From positions 263,185 through 327,184 of the forward strand of contig OZ223191.1 of the NCBI GenBank assembly GCA_965140355.1: a DNA stretch of 64,000 nucleotides, in the 5' to 3' direction. Numbering within the stretch: position 1 is the first letter of the stretch; the number at the start of each line of letters is the position of its first letter. The stretch is from an uncultured Acetobacterium sp. (lineage in GTDB: Bacteria; Bacillota; Clostridia; Eubacteriales; Eubacteriaceae). The notes below the pieces were generated by a model. That model was not told the origin of the DNA. It searched no databases and was given only the letters and a program-made list of their open reading frames with translations. The position numbers were made by a program, and so were the translations under genes. Positions 9,945-18,011 of the stretch are shown here, piece by piece.

Positions 9945-10105
9945 GTCGTTAGTGGGGTGCTGGAAAAACGAATAAAAAGCAGTGGTTTTTATTCGTTTTG
10001 TTATAACCCACATTGGTTTTAGCAGGCAATTGCGATACGACCGTGAGCTTTGTGAAAACCGAACACAAAGCTATGATTGGTTGCTGTTTCGCGTTTCGCA
10101 ATGAC
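9945..10105 (+). other. Highly structured intercistronic region between permease and binding-protein genes
   Basis: 14-bp perfect stem 9965-9978/9986-9999; 9-bp stem 10046-10054/10064-10072; outer TTGCGA/TCGCAA and GTGGG/CCCAC pairings. Confidence 0.55.
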
Positions 10106-10136
10106 CTGGTTGGTTTTAGGAGTGAAAGGAAAAATT

Positions 10137-11051
10137 ATGAAAAAGTTAATGAGTTTTATTATTCTGGTAGCATTGGCACTTTCTGTTGCTGGTTGTAGCA
10201 CGAACAAAGATGAGGCGTCAATTATTATTTATGATGGAACATTTTCGGAAATGAGAATTGTTCATCAAATGGTTAAAATGGTTGTTGAAGACCATACCGA
10301 TGCGACCGTTGATATTCGTGATGAAATGGATGAAGTTAATACATTCAAAGAAATGGTCGCCGGGAATGTCGATATCCTAAACACTTACGATGGTACCTTA
10401 TTAACAACCTTCTTAAAGTTAGATACGGCCGATATCCCGGAAGGAATGACGCTTTACGATTACGCAAATCAAGTTGCCTCAGAGGAAAAAGGGGTTCATA
10501 TGCTTGATAAATTAGGCTATGAAAATACTTATGCGGTCGGTGTTTTACCGGCAACGGCGGAAAAATATAATTTAAAAACCATCAGTGATTTAGCTGCCGT
10601 TTCTGATCAACTTGTTTTTGGTGCTGAACATGGTTTTTACACGGAAGAAGGAAGTATGAAATATGGACCATTCACTAAATTTTATGGTCTGAATTTTAAA
10701 GAAAATAAACCTCTTGATCTGGCCTTAAAGTATACGGCGATTGAAAATGGGAATATTGATGTTACTATTGTTTATACAACGGATGGACTCAATAAACAAG
10801 CTGGTTTGGTCGTTTTAGAGGATGATCGAAGTTTTTTCCCGGAATATTACGATGCTTTGCTCGTCAGAAATGACTTGTTTGATCGTTTTAGTGACGTTGC
10901 ACCGAACCTTGAAGAAGTATTAAATAGTTTGGGTGGCCAATTCACTGAAGAAACGATGACGGATCTGACCTATGAAGTTGATGTCAATGGCAGAACGCCA
11001 GAAGAGGTTGCCCATGAGTTTTTATTAAATAAGGGGCTTATCTCAAAATAA
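10137..11051 (+). CDS. opuCC: Glycine betaine/choline-type ABC substrate-binding lipoprotein
   Basis: RBS before ATG 10137; lipobox VAGC; YENTYAVGV and YTTDG OpuAC-family motifs. Confidence 0.85.
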   Translation: MKKLMSFIILVALALSVAGCSTNKDEASIIIYDGTFSEMRIVHQMVKMVVEDHTDATVDIRDEMDEVNTFKEMVAGNVDILNTYDGTLLTTFLKLDTADIPEGMTLYDYANQVASEEKGVHMLDKLGYENTYAVGVLPATAEKYNLKTISDLAAVSDQLVFGAEHGFYTEEGSMKYGPFTKFYGLNFKENKPLDLALKYTAIENGNIDVTIVYTTDGLNKQAGLVVLEDDRSFFPEYYDALLVRNDLFDRFSDVAPNLEEVLNSLGGQFTEETMTDLTYEVDVNGRTPEEVAHEFLLNKGLISK

Positions 11052-11110
11052 TATAAAATTGAGAAGTGCTAATAATGTTAAATATTTAGACTAAATCAAT
11101 AAAAATTAAA

Positions 11111-11156
11111 ACAAGAGGATAAGAGTAATTCAATTTGGTTACGCTTATCCTTTTGT
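11111..11156 (+). terminator. Probable terminator after the opu operon
   Basis: ACAAGAGGATAAG...CTTATCCTTTTGT inverted repeat. Confidence 0.6.
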
Positions 11157-11366
11157 TGTATAAATTAATCGTAAAAATCAAACGAACGTTTTGCATAAGA
11201 CTAGAATTTAATGATAATAGAATAAAAGGCACGATAAAGCTACAAAATGTTGATTACAATGATTGCCAAGAAGAATTAAATATATTCAATGTTCAAGCGG
11301 AGATACTTTTGGTATAATATGGTTATGTGTTTGATTAAGAAAAAAGAAAAAGAAAGTGAGTTCAAA

Positions 11367-14009
11367 ATGAAAAGTGTCTTAATTGACGGGAATAGTCTAT
11401 TTTATCGTACATTTTATGCCATTCGAGAAATGTTTAATTCAAAAGGGGTGCCAACAAATGCCATTTATGGTTTTGTCAATATATTAGTAAAAATACAAGA
11501 AGAGTATCGGCCAAACTATCTGGGGGTCGCTTTTGATTTAAAAGGACCAACGTTTAGACATTTAGCTTATGATGAGTACAAGGGCGGTCGTCAAAAAATG
11601 CCAGAACTTTTGGCGGAACAGTTTTTGTTATTAAAAGAACTCTTAAAAAAAATGGATATTGCCATAATTGAACGGGAAGGATTTGAAGCTGATGATATCA
11701 TTGGGACGCTGGCAACAATTGGTTCGGAAAAAGGCATTCAAACAGAAATTATTACTGGCGATCGCGATGCTTTTCAATTAGTTGGGCCTAATATAAAAGT
11801 GCTTTATACAAAAAAAGGCATCTCTCAATTGGAAGAGGTGGATGAAGCGTGGATCAATACACAATACGGTCTTACGCCTAAAGACCTCATTGATTTAAAA
11901 GCTTTAATGGGGGATAAATCAGACAATATTCCCGGGATTGCCGGGATTGGTGAAAAAACGGCGATTAAACTTTTGAAGCAGTATGGAACCCTGGAAAAGA
12001 TTTATGAAAACATTGAGGAACAAAAGGGGAAACAAAAAGAAAAAATTGTTGCCGGAAAAGATGACGCTTTTTTGAGTCGGATGTTGGGGACCATTAAACG
12101 GGACGTTCCCTGGGAAGGCAATTATGAAGAACTGACTTTTCATAATATCTTTAATCCCGAAAGCATTGAACTACTAAAAGAATTAGAATTTAATACTCTT
12201 TTATCAAAAATAGATGCTGCTGAAGTGGTGGAAACCATTGAAAAGTCAGTATCGTGTCATAAGATTAAAACAAGTTCAGAAATGGATCATTTATTTGCGA
12301 TTCTTGGACAGACCAAAGAAATTGTTATTTATTATCATCAGGAAGAAACGAAAATTTATTTGGCGCTGGGAATAGAAAATGAGTTTTATTATTTAAACCC
12401 CGAAGCTGTTGATGGGTTAAAATTTTTCGAACGACTAAGGAATCTACCGACGATTGGAACATTGTCTATTGCTAGTCAGGATCTCAAAAACCTGATTCAT
12501 ATTTTTCATAAAAATGAGATTCAGGTAATCAATGAAGGCTTTGATACCTATATTGCGACTTATCTTTTGAGCCCAGGCGATCAACGTTATGATTTAAAAA
12601 CGGCAGCATATAAATATTTGGATCGTAATATTTTGGATGATGAAGAGATGTTTGGAAAAGGCAAAAAAATGGTTGCAGCTGAAAGTCTGGATGAACAGCT
12701 TTTAGCCGATTATTTTGTTAAGAATTGTGAAACAATCCGCGATTTAAAAGCAGTTTTGGAAGAAGAGCTCAACAAGACCGAAATGATGACCTTGTTTAAA
12801 ACCATTGAAATGCCATTATTAGAAGTGATGGCAGCGATGGAGGAGTTAGGGTTTAAAATTGATTTGAGTCAATTGGAAATCCTTTCAATGGAATTTGAAA
12901 AAAAACTAACAGATTTAACCCGCGAAATATATGAATTGGCTGAGACGGATGAATTTAATATCAATTCACCCAAACAATTGGGTGAGATTCTTTTCGAACA
13001 ACTGAAATTGCCAGTGGTGAAAAAGACTAAAACAGGATATTCTACTAATATTGATGTGTTAGAGCAGTTGATTCATTTTCATCCGATTATTGAAAAAATT
13101 ATTGATTACCGCATGTTATCAAAGTTGGATTCGACTTATGGCCGGGGTCTGATCGCATTTGTTGAACCTGAAACCCATAAGATTTATTCAACCTTTAATC
13201 AAACGGTGGCAGCAACCGGACGACTTAGCAGTTCAAACCCGAATTTACAAAATATACCGGTAAAAACAGAGATTGGTCGAGAAATCCGCCGGGTTTTTGT
13301 ACCATCAACGCCAGATCGTATTTTGGTAAGTGCTGATTATTCACAAATTGAGCTCCGGGTTTTAGCGCATCTTTCAGGGGATGAAAATTTGATTGATGCT
13401 TTTAAAAAGGAACAGGATATTCACACCAGAACCGCTTCAGAAATTTTTGGGGTAGCACTTGATGCGGTCACTCGAATCCAAAGAGGGCAGGCAAAAGCGA
13501 TTAATTTTGGGTTGATTTATGGAAAACAGGCCTTTAGCTTGGGAAAAGATTTAGGAATCTCCAGAAATGAAGCACAGGACTATATTAACCTTTATTTTGC
13601 ACGTTATCCAAAGGTTCAGGTATATATGGAAAATGTCAAACGGCAAGCAAAAGAAGAGGGTTATGTCACGACGATTTGGGGGAGACGACGATATATCCCG
13701 GAAATGAATTCCCGTAATGGCATGCTTGTTCAGGCTGGTGAGCGAATGGCCTTAAATACGCCGATCCAAGGGAGTGCTGCGGATATTATTAAGTTAGCGA
13801 TGATTAAGGTATACAACCGGCTTAAAGATGAAAATCTGAAAGCTGAATTAATTCTTCAAGTCCATGATGAACTAATTATCGATACGCCCAAAAATGAACA
13901 AACGCAGGTGGAGCGCCTGATTAAAGAAGAAATGGAAGGGGCCGCAAGCTTGAGTGTGCCGATGACGGTTGACGTTAATAGCGGAACATCCTGGTTTGAT
14001 TTAAAATAA
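11367..14009 (+). CDS. polA: DNA polymerase I
   Basis: 5'-3' exonuclease start LIDGNSL; motif A DYSQIELR; KAINFGLIYG; LQVHDEL; ATG 11367 preferred over the upstream ORF start. Confidence 0.97.
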   Translation: MKSVLIDGNSLFYRTFYAIREMFNSKGVPTNAIYGFVNILVKIQEEYRPNYLGVAFDLKGPTFRHLAYDEYKGGRQKMPELLAEQFLLLKELLKKMDIAIIEREGFEADDIIGTLATIGSEKGIQTEIITGDRDAFQLVGPNIKVLYTKKGISQLEEVDEAWINTQYGLTPKDLIDLKALMGDKSDNIPGIAGIGEKTAIKLLKQYGTLEKIYENIEEQKGKQKEKIVAGKDDAFLSRMLGTIKRDVPWEGNYEELTFHNIFNPESIELLKELEFNTLLSKIDAAEVVETIEKSVSCHKIKTSSEMDHLFAILGQTKEIVIYYHQEETKIYLALGIENEFYYLNPEAVDGLKFFERLRNLPTIGTLSIASQDLKNLIHIFHKNEIQVINEGFDTYIATYLLSPGDQRYDLKTAAYKYLDRNILDDEEMFGKGKKMVAAESLDEQLLADYFVKNCETIRDLKAVLEEELNKTEMMTLFKTIEMPLLEVMAAMEELGFKIDLSQLEILSMEFEKKLTDLTREIYELAETDEFNINSPKQLGEILFEQLKLPVVKKTKTGYSTNIDVLEQLIHFHPIIEKIIDYRMLSKLDSTYGRGLIAFVEPETHKIYSTFNQTVAATGRLSSSNPNLQNIPVKTEIGREIRRVFVPSTPDRILVSADYSQIELRVLAHLSGDENLIDAFKKEQDIHTRTASEIFGVALDAVTRIQRGQAKAINFGLIYGKQAFSLGKDLGISRNEAQDYINLYFARYPKVQVYMENVKRQAKEEGYVTTIWGRRRYIPEMNSRNGMLVQAGERMALNTPIQGSAADIIKLAMIKVYNRLKDENLKAELILQVHDELIIDTPKNEQTQVERLIKEEMEGAASLSVPMTVDVNSGTSWFDLK

Positions 14010-14021
14010 TGGAGAAAAACG

Positions 14022-14618
14022 ATGAAAGTAATTGGCATAACCGGTGGAATTGCCTCGGGAAAATCAGCAGTAACGGATATTTTAAGAAAGCATTTTGATT
14101 GCATCGTCATTGATGCGGATCAATTGGCAAGACAAGCGGTTGAGATTGGTACGCCGGGCCTTAAAAAAATTGTTGAAACTTTTGGTGCACGTATTTTAAC
14201 CGAAACAGCGGAATTGAATCGCGGCAAGTTAGGTGAAATCATTGCTAATGATGAACAAGCTAGAAAAAAACTAAATGCCATTGTGCACCCTGAAATTAAA
14301 AAATTGTACAATCAACAAATTGCATTTTATGAAAAAAAAGGTTTGACAACAGTTTATTATGATTGTCCGCTGCTTTTTGAAACAAATCTTGATGATCATT
14401 TAGACGAGACGATTCTCGTGGTAGCAGACCAAGAAACACGGGTCAAAAGAATTATTGAGAGAGATCAACTCAATCGAGAACAGGCTCTTAAGCGAATCAA
14501 TATGCAAATGTCCGATGCAGAAAAGATCGCACGTGCCGATATTATCATTGAAAACAATGGGAGTCTTGAGGATCTTTTGATAGCCGTTAACGGATATTTT
14601 AGCAATAAAAATAATTAA
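14022..14618 (+). CDS. coaE: Dephospho-CoA kinase
   Basis: GITGGIASGKS P-loop; LNAIVHP; polA-coaE synteny. Confidence 0.95.
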   Translation: MKVIGITGGIASGKSAVTDILRKHFDCIVIDADQLARQAVEIGTPGLKKIVETFGARILTETAELNRGKLGEIIANDEQARKKLNAIVHPEIKKLYNQQIAFYEKKGLTTVYYDCPLLFETNLDDHLDETILVVADQETRVKRIIERDQLNREQALKRINMQMSDAEKIARADIIIENNGSLEDLLIAVNGYFSNKNN

Positions 14619-14737
14619 CGAATTAAGTTTCGTTAAGTTGACAATCGGGATAATAAAAGACAAAAATAAAAAAAACAGTTGATATTTATTTCTCATTCCT
14701 TTATAATAAGAAAACAGGGTAAAAAACTGTTGCTTAT

Positions 14738-14823
14738 GCGAGGATGGTGGAACGGCAGACACGCAGGTTTGAGGGATCTGTTGCAGCAATGCAGTGAGGG
14801 TTCAAATCCCTTTTCTCGCACCA
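14738..14823 (+). tRNA. tRNA-Leu (anticodon GAG), CCA encoded
   Basis: Acceptor GCGAGGA/TTCTCGC; anticodon stem CAGGT/ATCTG with loop TTGAGGG; long variable arm; GGTTCAAATCC T-loop. Confidence 0.95.
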
Positions 14824-14836
14824 ATATTAAGGATGG

Positions 14837-14868
14837 AAGTCGATTGCTTAGGTAGTCGGCTTTTTTTA
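14837..14868 (+). terminator. Terminator after the tRNA
   Basis: AAGTCGATTGC...GTAGTCGGCTT followed by a T run. Confidence 0.7.
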
Positions 14869-14953
14869 TTGCGTGTATCACTTATAAAATTAAGTTAGAA
14901 TCCTGTCTAATTTGCTAAAATAATGATGTAAAAATTAAAATGAGGTGACCGAA

Positions 14954-15781
14954 ATGAAAAAGAAAAAGATATTGAGTTTAGTGACGATATTTTTGTTAGT
15001 AGCCATGACTAACCCGGTTTTAGCCGATTCTAAAAGTGCTTGTGTTGCTATCGGAGCGGATAATACCGAAAGTCAATTAAAGACTGTTTACAGCTATTTT
15101 AATATCAAAAGAGGCGCTGTCGAGGAAATCAAAGTCACGAATGAAGATGAGCGTGAATATCTGGAAGATGTGGTTTCTTTAGATAAAATTGGAACGCTTG
15201 CGCTTTCCAGTGTTTATGTGCAGGAAAAATCATCTGGTGGGATTGATCTGGAAACCCATAATATTGATTGGGTAACCGATGCAATGTACAAATCGGCATT
15301 GGGGACGGCCGGGATTAAAAATGCTAAGGTGATCGTGGCCGCTTATACGCCAGTGTCAGGAACCGGGGCACTAACGGGTATTTATAAAGCGTATGAAGCG
15401 GCGACCGATACAAGTTTAGATGAAGCCGCTAAATCAACCGCGGTCGAAGAGGTTGCCGTTGTTGGCGAACTTCAAGATGAGATTGGTGACGATGCCGTGA
15501 ATATTATTAACAGCTTAAAAGGAGAAATTGCCCAGACCAAGAATATGGATGATGATGAAATCCGCCAGCTAATTCTTAAAACCGCCGACAAGTATGATAC
15601 CAATTTGGATGATCAACAAGTAGAAGAGATTCTCACGCTGGTTAATAAATTTAACACCTTAAATATGGATCCTGATACATTTATCAAGTTGCTTGAGGCG
15701 GGTCAGGAAACGCAAGGTTTTTTTCAGCAAGTGGCAGATTTTTTCCAACAAATTGGTAATTTCTTTAATAATCAGAATTAA
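14954..15781 (+). CDS. DUF1002 (YpuA-like) exported protein
   Basis: Signal peptide; VTNEDEREYL, ALSSVYV, APTPVSGTGAL-like motif (AYTPVSGTGALTG). Confidence 0.75.
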   Translation: MKKKKILSLVTIFLLVAMTNPVLADSKSACVAIGADNTESQLKTVYSYFNIKRGAVEEIKVTNEDEREYLEDVVSLDKIGTLALSSVYVQEKSSGGIDLETHNIDWVTDAMYKSALGTAGIKNAKVIVAAYTPVSGTGALTGIYKAYEAATDTSLDEAAKSTAVEEVAVVGELQDEIGDDAVNIINSLKGEIAQTKNMDDDEIRQLILKTADKYDTNLDDQQVEEILTLVNKFNTLNMDPDTFIKLLEAGQETQGFFQQVADFFQQIGNFFNNQN

Positions 15782-15820
15782 GTCATTTGAAAAACTGAAA
15801 AGTTAATATCAAGCGGTTAT

Positions 15821-15863
15821 AAACGCCATTATTTCGAAATGACTATAATGGCGTTTGTTTTTG
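15821..15863 (+). terminator. Probable terminator
   Basis: AAACGCCATTAT...ATAATGGCGTTT followed by GTTTTT. Confidence 0.7.
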
Positions 15864-15983
15864 TTTAGTTGCGTTGCGTAAAACGGTTTTAAATTGCTAT
15901 TGACAAAAATTTATTAAATCGATATCATCATATTATTACTTACCATTTCGTGAATAAATAGGATGATCCATTAAGGAGTTAAC

Positions 15984-16952
15984 ATGATTAAAAATCAGTG
16001 GTATGGGATATTAAACAGCAATGAAATAAAAAAAAATAAATTAACCGGAGTGACCCGAATGGGAGAAAAACTTGTTTTATGGAGAGATGAAGCAGGTGCA
16101 GTTAAGTGTGTTTTTGATCAGTGTTGTCATCGTGGTGCTTCATTAAGTGCCGGAACTTTAGACCATAATACGATTAAATGTCCTTTTCATGGTTTTTCTT
16201 ATGATGGAACGGGTCGCGTTGTGCAGATACCGGCTAATGGAAAAAAAACACCCGTTCCAGAACATTTTAAAGTGAATGCTTATGTCGTGAAAGAAAAATA
16301 TGGATTTATCTGGTTATGGTATGGCGCCTTTCAGGAAGTGCTGCCCGAAATTCCGTTTTTTGAATATCTGCGGACAGGATTCTCATACGGGAGTTTTTCG
16401 GAAGTCTGGCCGGTACACTATACCAGAGCTATCGAAAATCAGCTGGATGTTGTCCATCTACCTTTTGTTCATGCTAATTCCATTGGTCGGGGAAATAAAA
16501 CGTTGGTCAATGGACCAGTGGTCGAATGGGTAGACAATCGCATGACTTTTTATGTCAACAATCAAGTCGATAATGGTGACTTAAAGCCTTTAAAACCATT
16601 GGAGATTGAAAACTATCAGGATTTATTCAGTTTGGAGTTTCAAATGCCGAATATGTGGCAAAATAAAATTAGTCCGGATGTCAGAATAGTGGCGATATTT
16701 GCGCCAATCGATGAAGATCACACTAAAATTTATTTACGCTTCTATCAGCGATTTATGCGTTTGCCGATCTTAAAACAAATAGTTAATCATTTTAGTAATG
16801 TGACGAATCGTTTTATTTTGCATCAGGACCGCCATGTGGTATTGACCCAAATTCCGAAAAAAACCGAACTGGAAATGAATGAAAATCTCATTCAGGGTGA
16901 TGCGCCGATTATTGAATACCGCAAAAGAAGAGCGTTACTTAAAGGTAAATAG
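15984..16952 (+). CDS. Rieske non-heme iron oxygenase, alpha subunit (VanA/PaO-like)
   Basis: Rieske motif CCHRGA-x-CPFHG; mononuclear Fe motif ENQLDVVHLPFVH and a distal QD. Confidence 0.85.
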   Translation: MIKNQWYGILNSNEIKKNKLTGVTRMGEKLVLWRDEAGAVKCVFDQCCHRGASLSAGTLDHNTIKCPFHGFSYDGTGRVVQIPANGKKTPVPEHFKVNAYVVKEKYGFIWLWYGAFQEVLPEIPFFEYLRTGFSYGSFSEVWPVHYTRAIENQLDVVHLPFVHANSIGRGNKTLVNGPVVEWVDNRMTFYVNNQVDNGDLKPLKPLEIENYQDLFSLEFQMPNMWQNKISPDVRIVAIFAPIDEDHTKIYLRFYQRFMRLPILKQIVNHFSNVTNRFILHQDRHVVLTQIPKKTELEMNENLIQGDAPIIEYRKRRALLKGK

Positions 16953-16956
16953 CGAA

Positions 16957-16989
16957 AAAAAGAATCCTTGAAACTATAGGATTCTTTTT
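16957..16989. terminator. Bidirectional terminator between convergent genes
   Basis: AAAAAGAATCCT-N9-AGGATTCTTTTT. Confidence 0.75.
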
Positions 16990-17026
16990 GGGTGTTTTAA
17001 GCGATAATTTTATTTGCCAAGAGTAA

Positions 17027-17299
17027 TTATTTGCCTTCCCAGAAGGTTTCTGCCTCTTCTTCCATTTTTTCCAGACGCGTATAGTAGTCGGGAAATTCAT
17101 TGAGATGCGCTAAGGCGATTTTACCGGTTACAAATCCATCATCTCCGGTTACATTTGTATGTGAATCACAGGTTCCATGTTCCAATTCAACATCCAGACC
17201 CATTCGGAATTGTTCGATGTCAAATTTCTTCCAGCTAATACCAAGCATTCTTCCAATTTCTTTTGCTTGTTCAGATGTAAATACTTTTTTTTGCGACAT
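17027..17299 (-). CDS. Small conserved protein, DUF5661-like
   Basis: FRMGLDVELEHG...IALAHLNEFPDYYTRL pattern recalled for this family. Confidence 0.7.
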   Translation of the reverse strand: MSQKKVFTSEQAKEIGRMLGISWKKFDIEQFRMGLDVELEHGTCDSHTNVTGDDGFVTGKIALAHLNEFPDYYTRLEKMEEEAETFWEGK

Positions 17300-17477
17300 A
17301 TGATCACCTCTTCTTAAAATTTTAAAGATAACAATTTTTGATGGCGTAATATTGTTGCTATTATTATATGTAGCTTTTTAAAATTTGTCAATGATTCGAA
17401 GAAGTTGTGAGGAACTGTTTTGAACTTGCTTTTAAGGGTAAATTATTAGTATAAAAACCAATAAAACGGAGGTTAAA

Positions 17478-17810
17478 ATGAGTTTTCAAAAAGTTGCACA
17501 AAAACAAGATTTCGAAAAAAATGATAAGAAACTTGTTGTTGTAAATGATCAAGAAGTTTTGATTACGAAAGTTGAAAATGATTATTATGCTATTGCAAAT
17601 AAGTGTCCCCATATGGGGGGATCGTTATTTAAAGGTGATTTAGAAAACGGGGTTATTACTTGTCCTAGGCATGGTGCGAAATTTGATGTAAAAACAGGCA
17701 AGGCATTAGGAAAACCGAAGATCTTGTTTTTAGAGTTTAAGGTCGGAGATGAGCAAAGTTATCCGATTAAATTAGAAGAAAATGATATTCTGGTTGATAT
17801 TGAGGTTTAA
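17478..17810 (+). CDS. Rieske [2Fe-2S] ferredoxin (NirD/dioxygenase ferredoxin-like)
   Basis: CPHMGG...CPRHG motif; 110 aa. Confidence 0.85.
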   Translation: MSFQKVAQKQDFEKNDKKLVVVNDQEVLITKVENDYYAIANKCPHMGGSLFKGDLENGVITCPRHGAKFDVKTGKALGKPKILFLEFKVGDEQSYPIKLEENDILVDIEV

Positions 17811-17834
17811 TAACCGATTTCCATATCAAGGAAA

Positions 17835-17874
17835 ATGAAAGTGCCATCACAAATATTTGTGATGGCACTTTCAT
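17835..17874. repeat. Perfect 40-bp palindrome, probably a bidirectional terminator
   Basis: ATGAAAGTGCCATCACAAAT|ATTTGTGATGGCACTTTCAT between convergent genes. Confidence 0.8.
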
Positions 17875-18011
17875 CGGTAGAGCCCATTTTTTTTAGTTTA
17901 TCGAAAGTAAAAGTGACCGAAAAGAGCATTTGAAGTTAGAAATCGTATGATTCGATAATTAATTTGTTAAACTTTTTTTTGAATGAATCATCTAATGTGT
18001 TACATAAGATT

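Noticed and set aside
14693-14881. 62-aa minus-strand ORF
   Set aside because: It is the antisense shadow of tRNA-Leu (typical GFEP-type translation).
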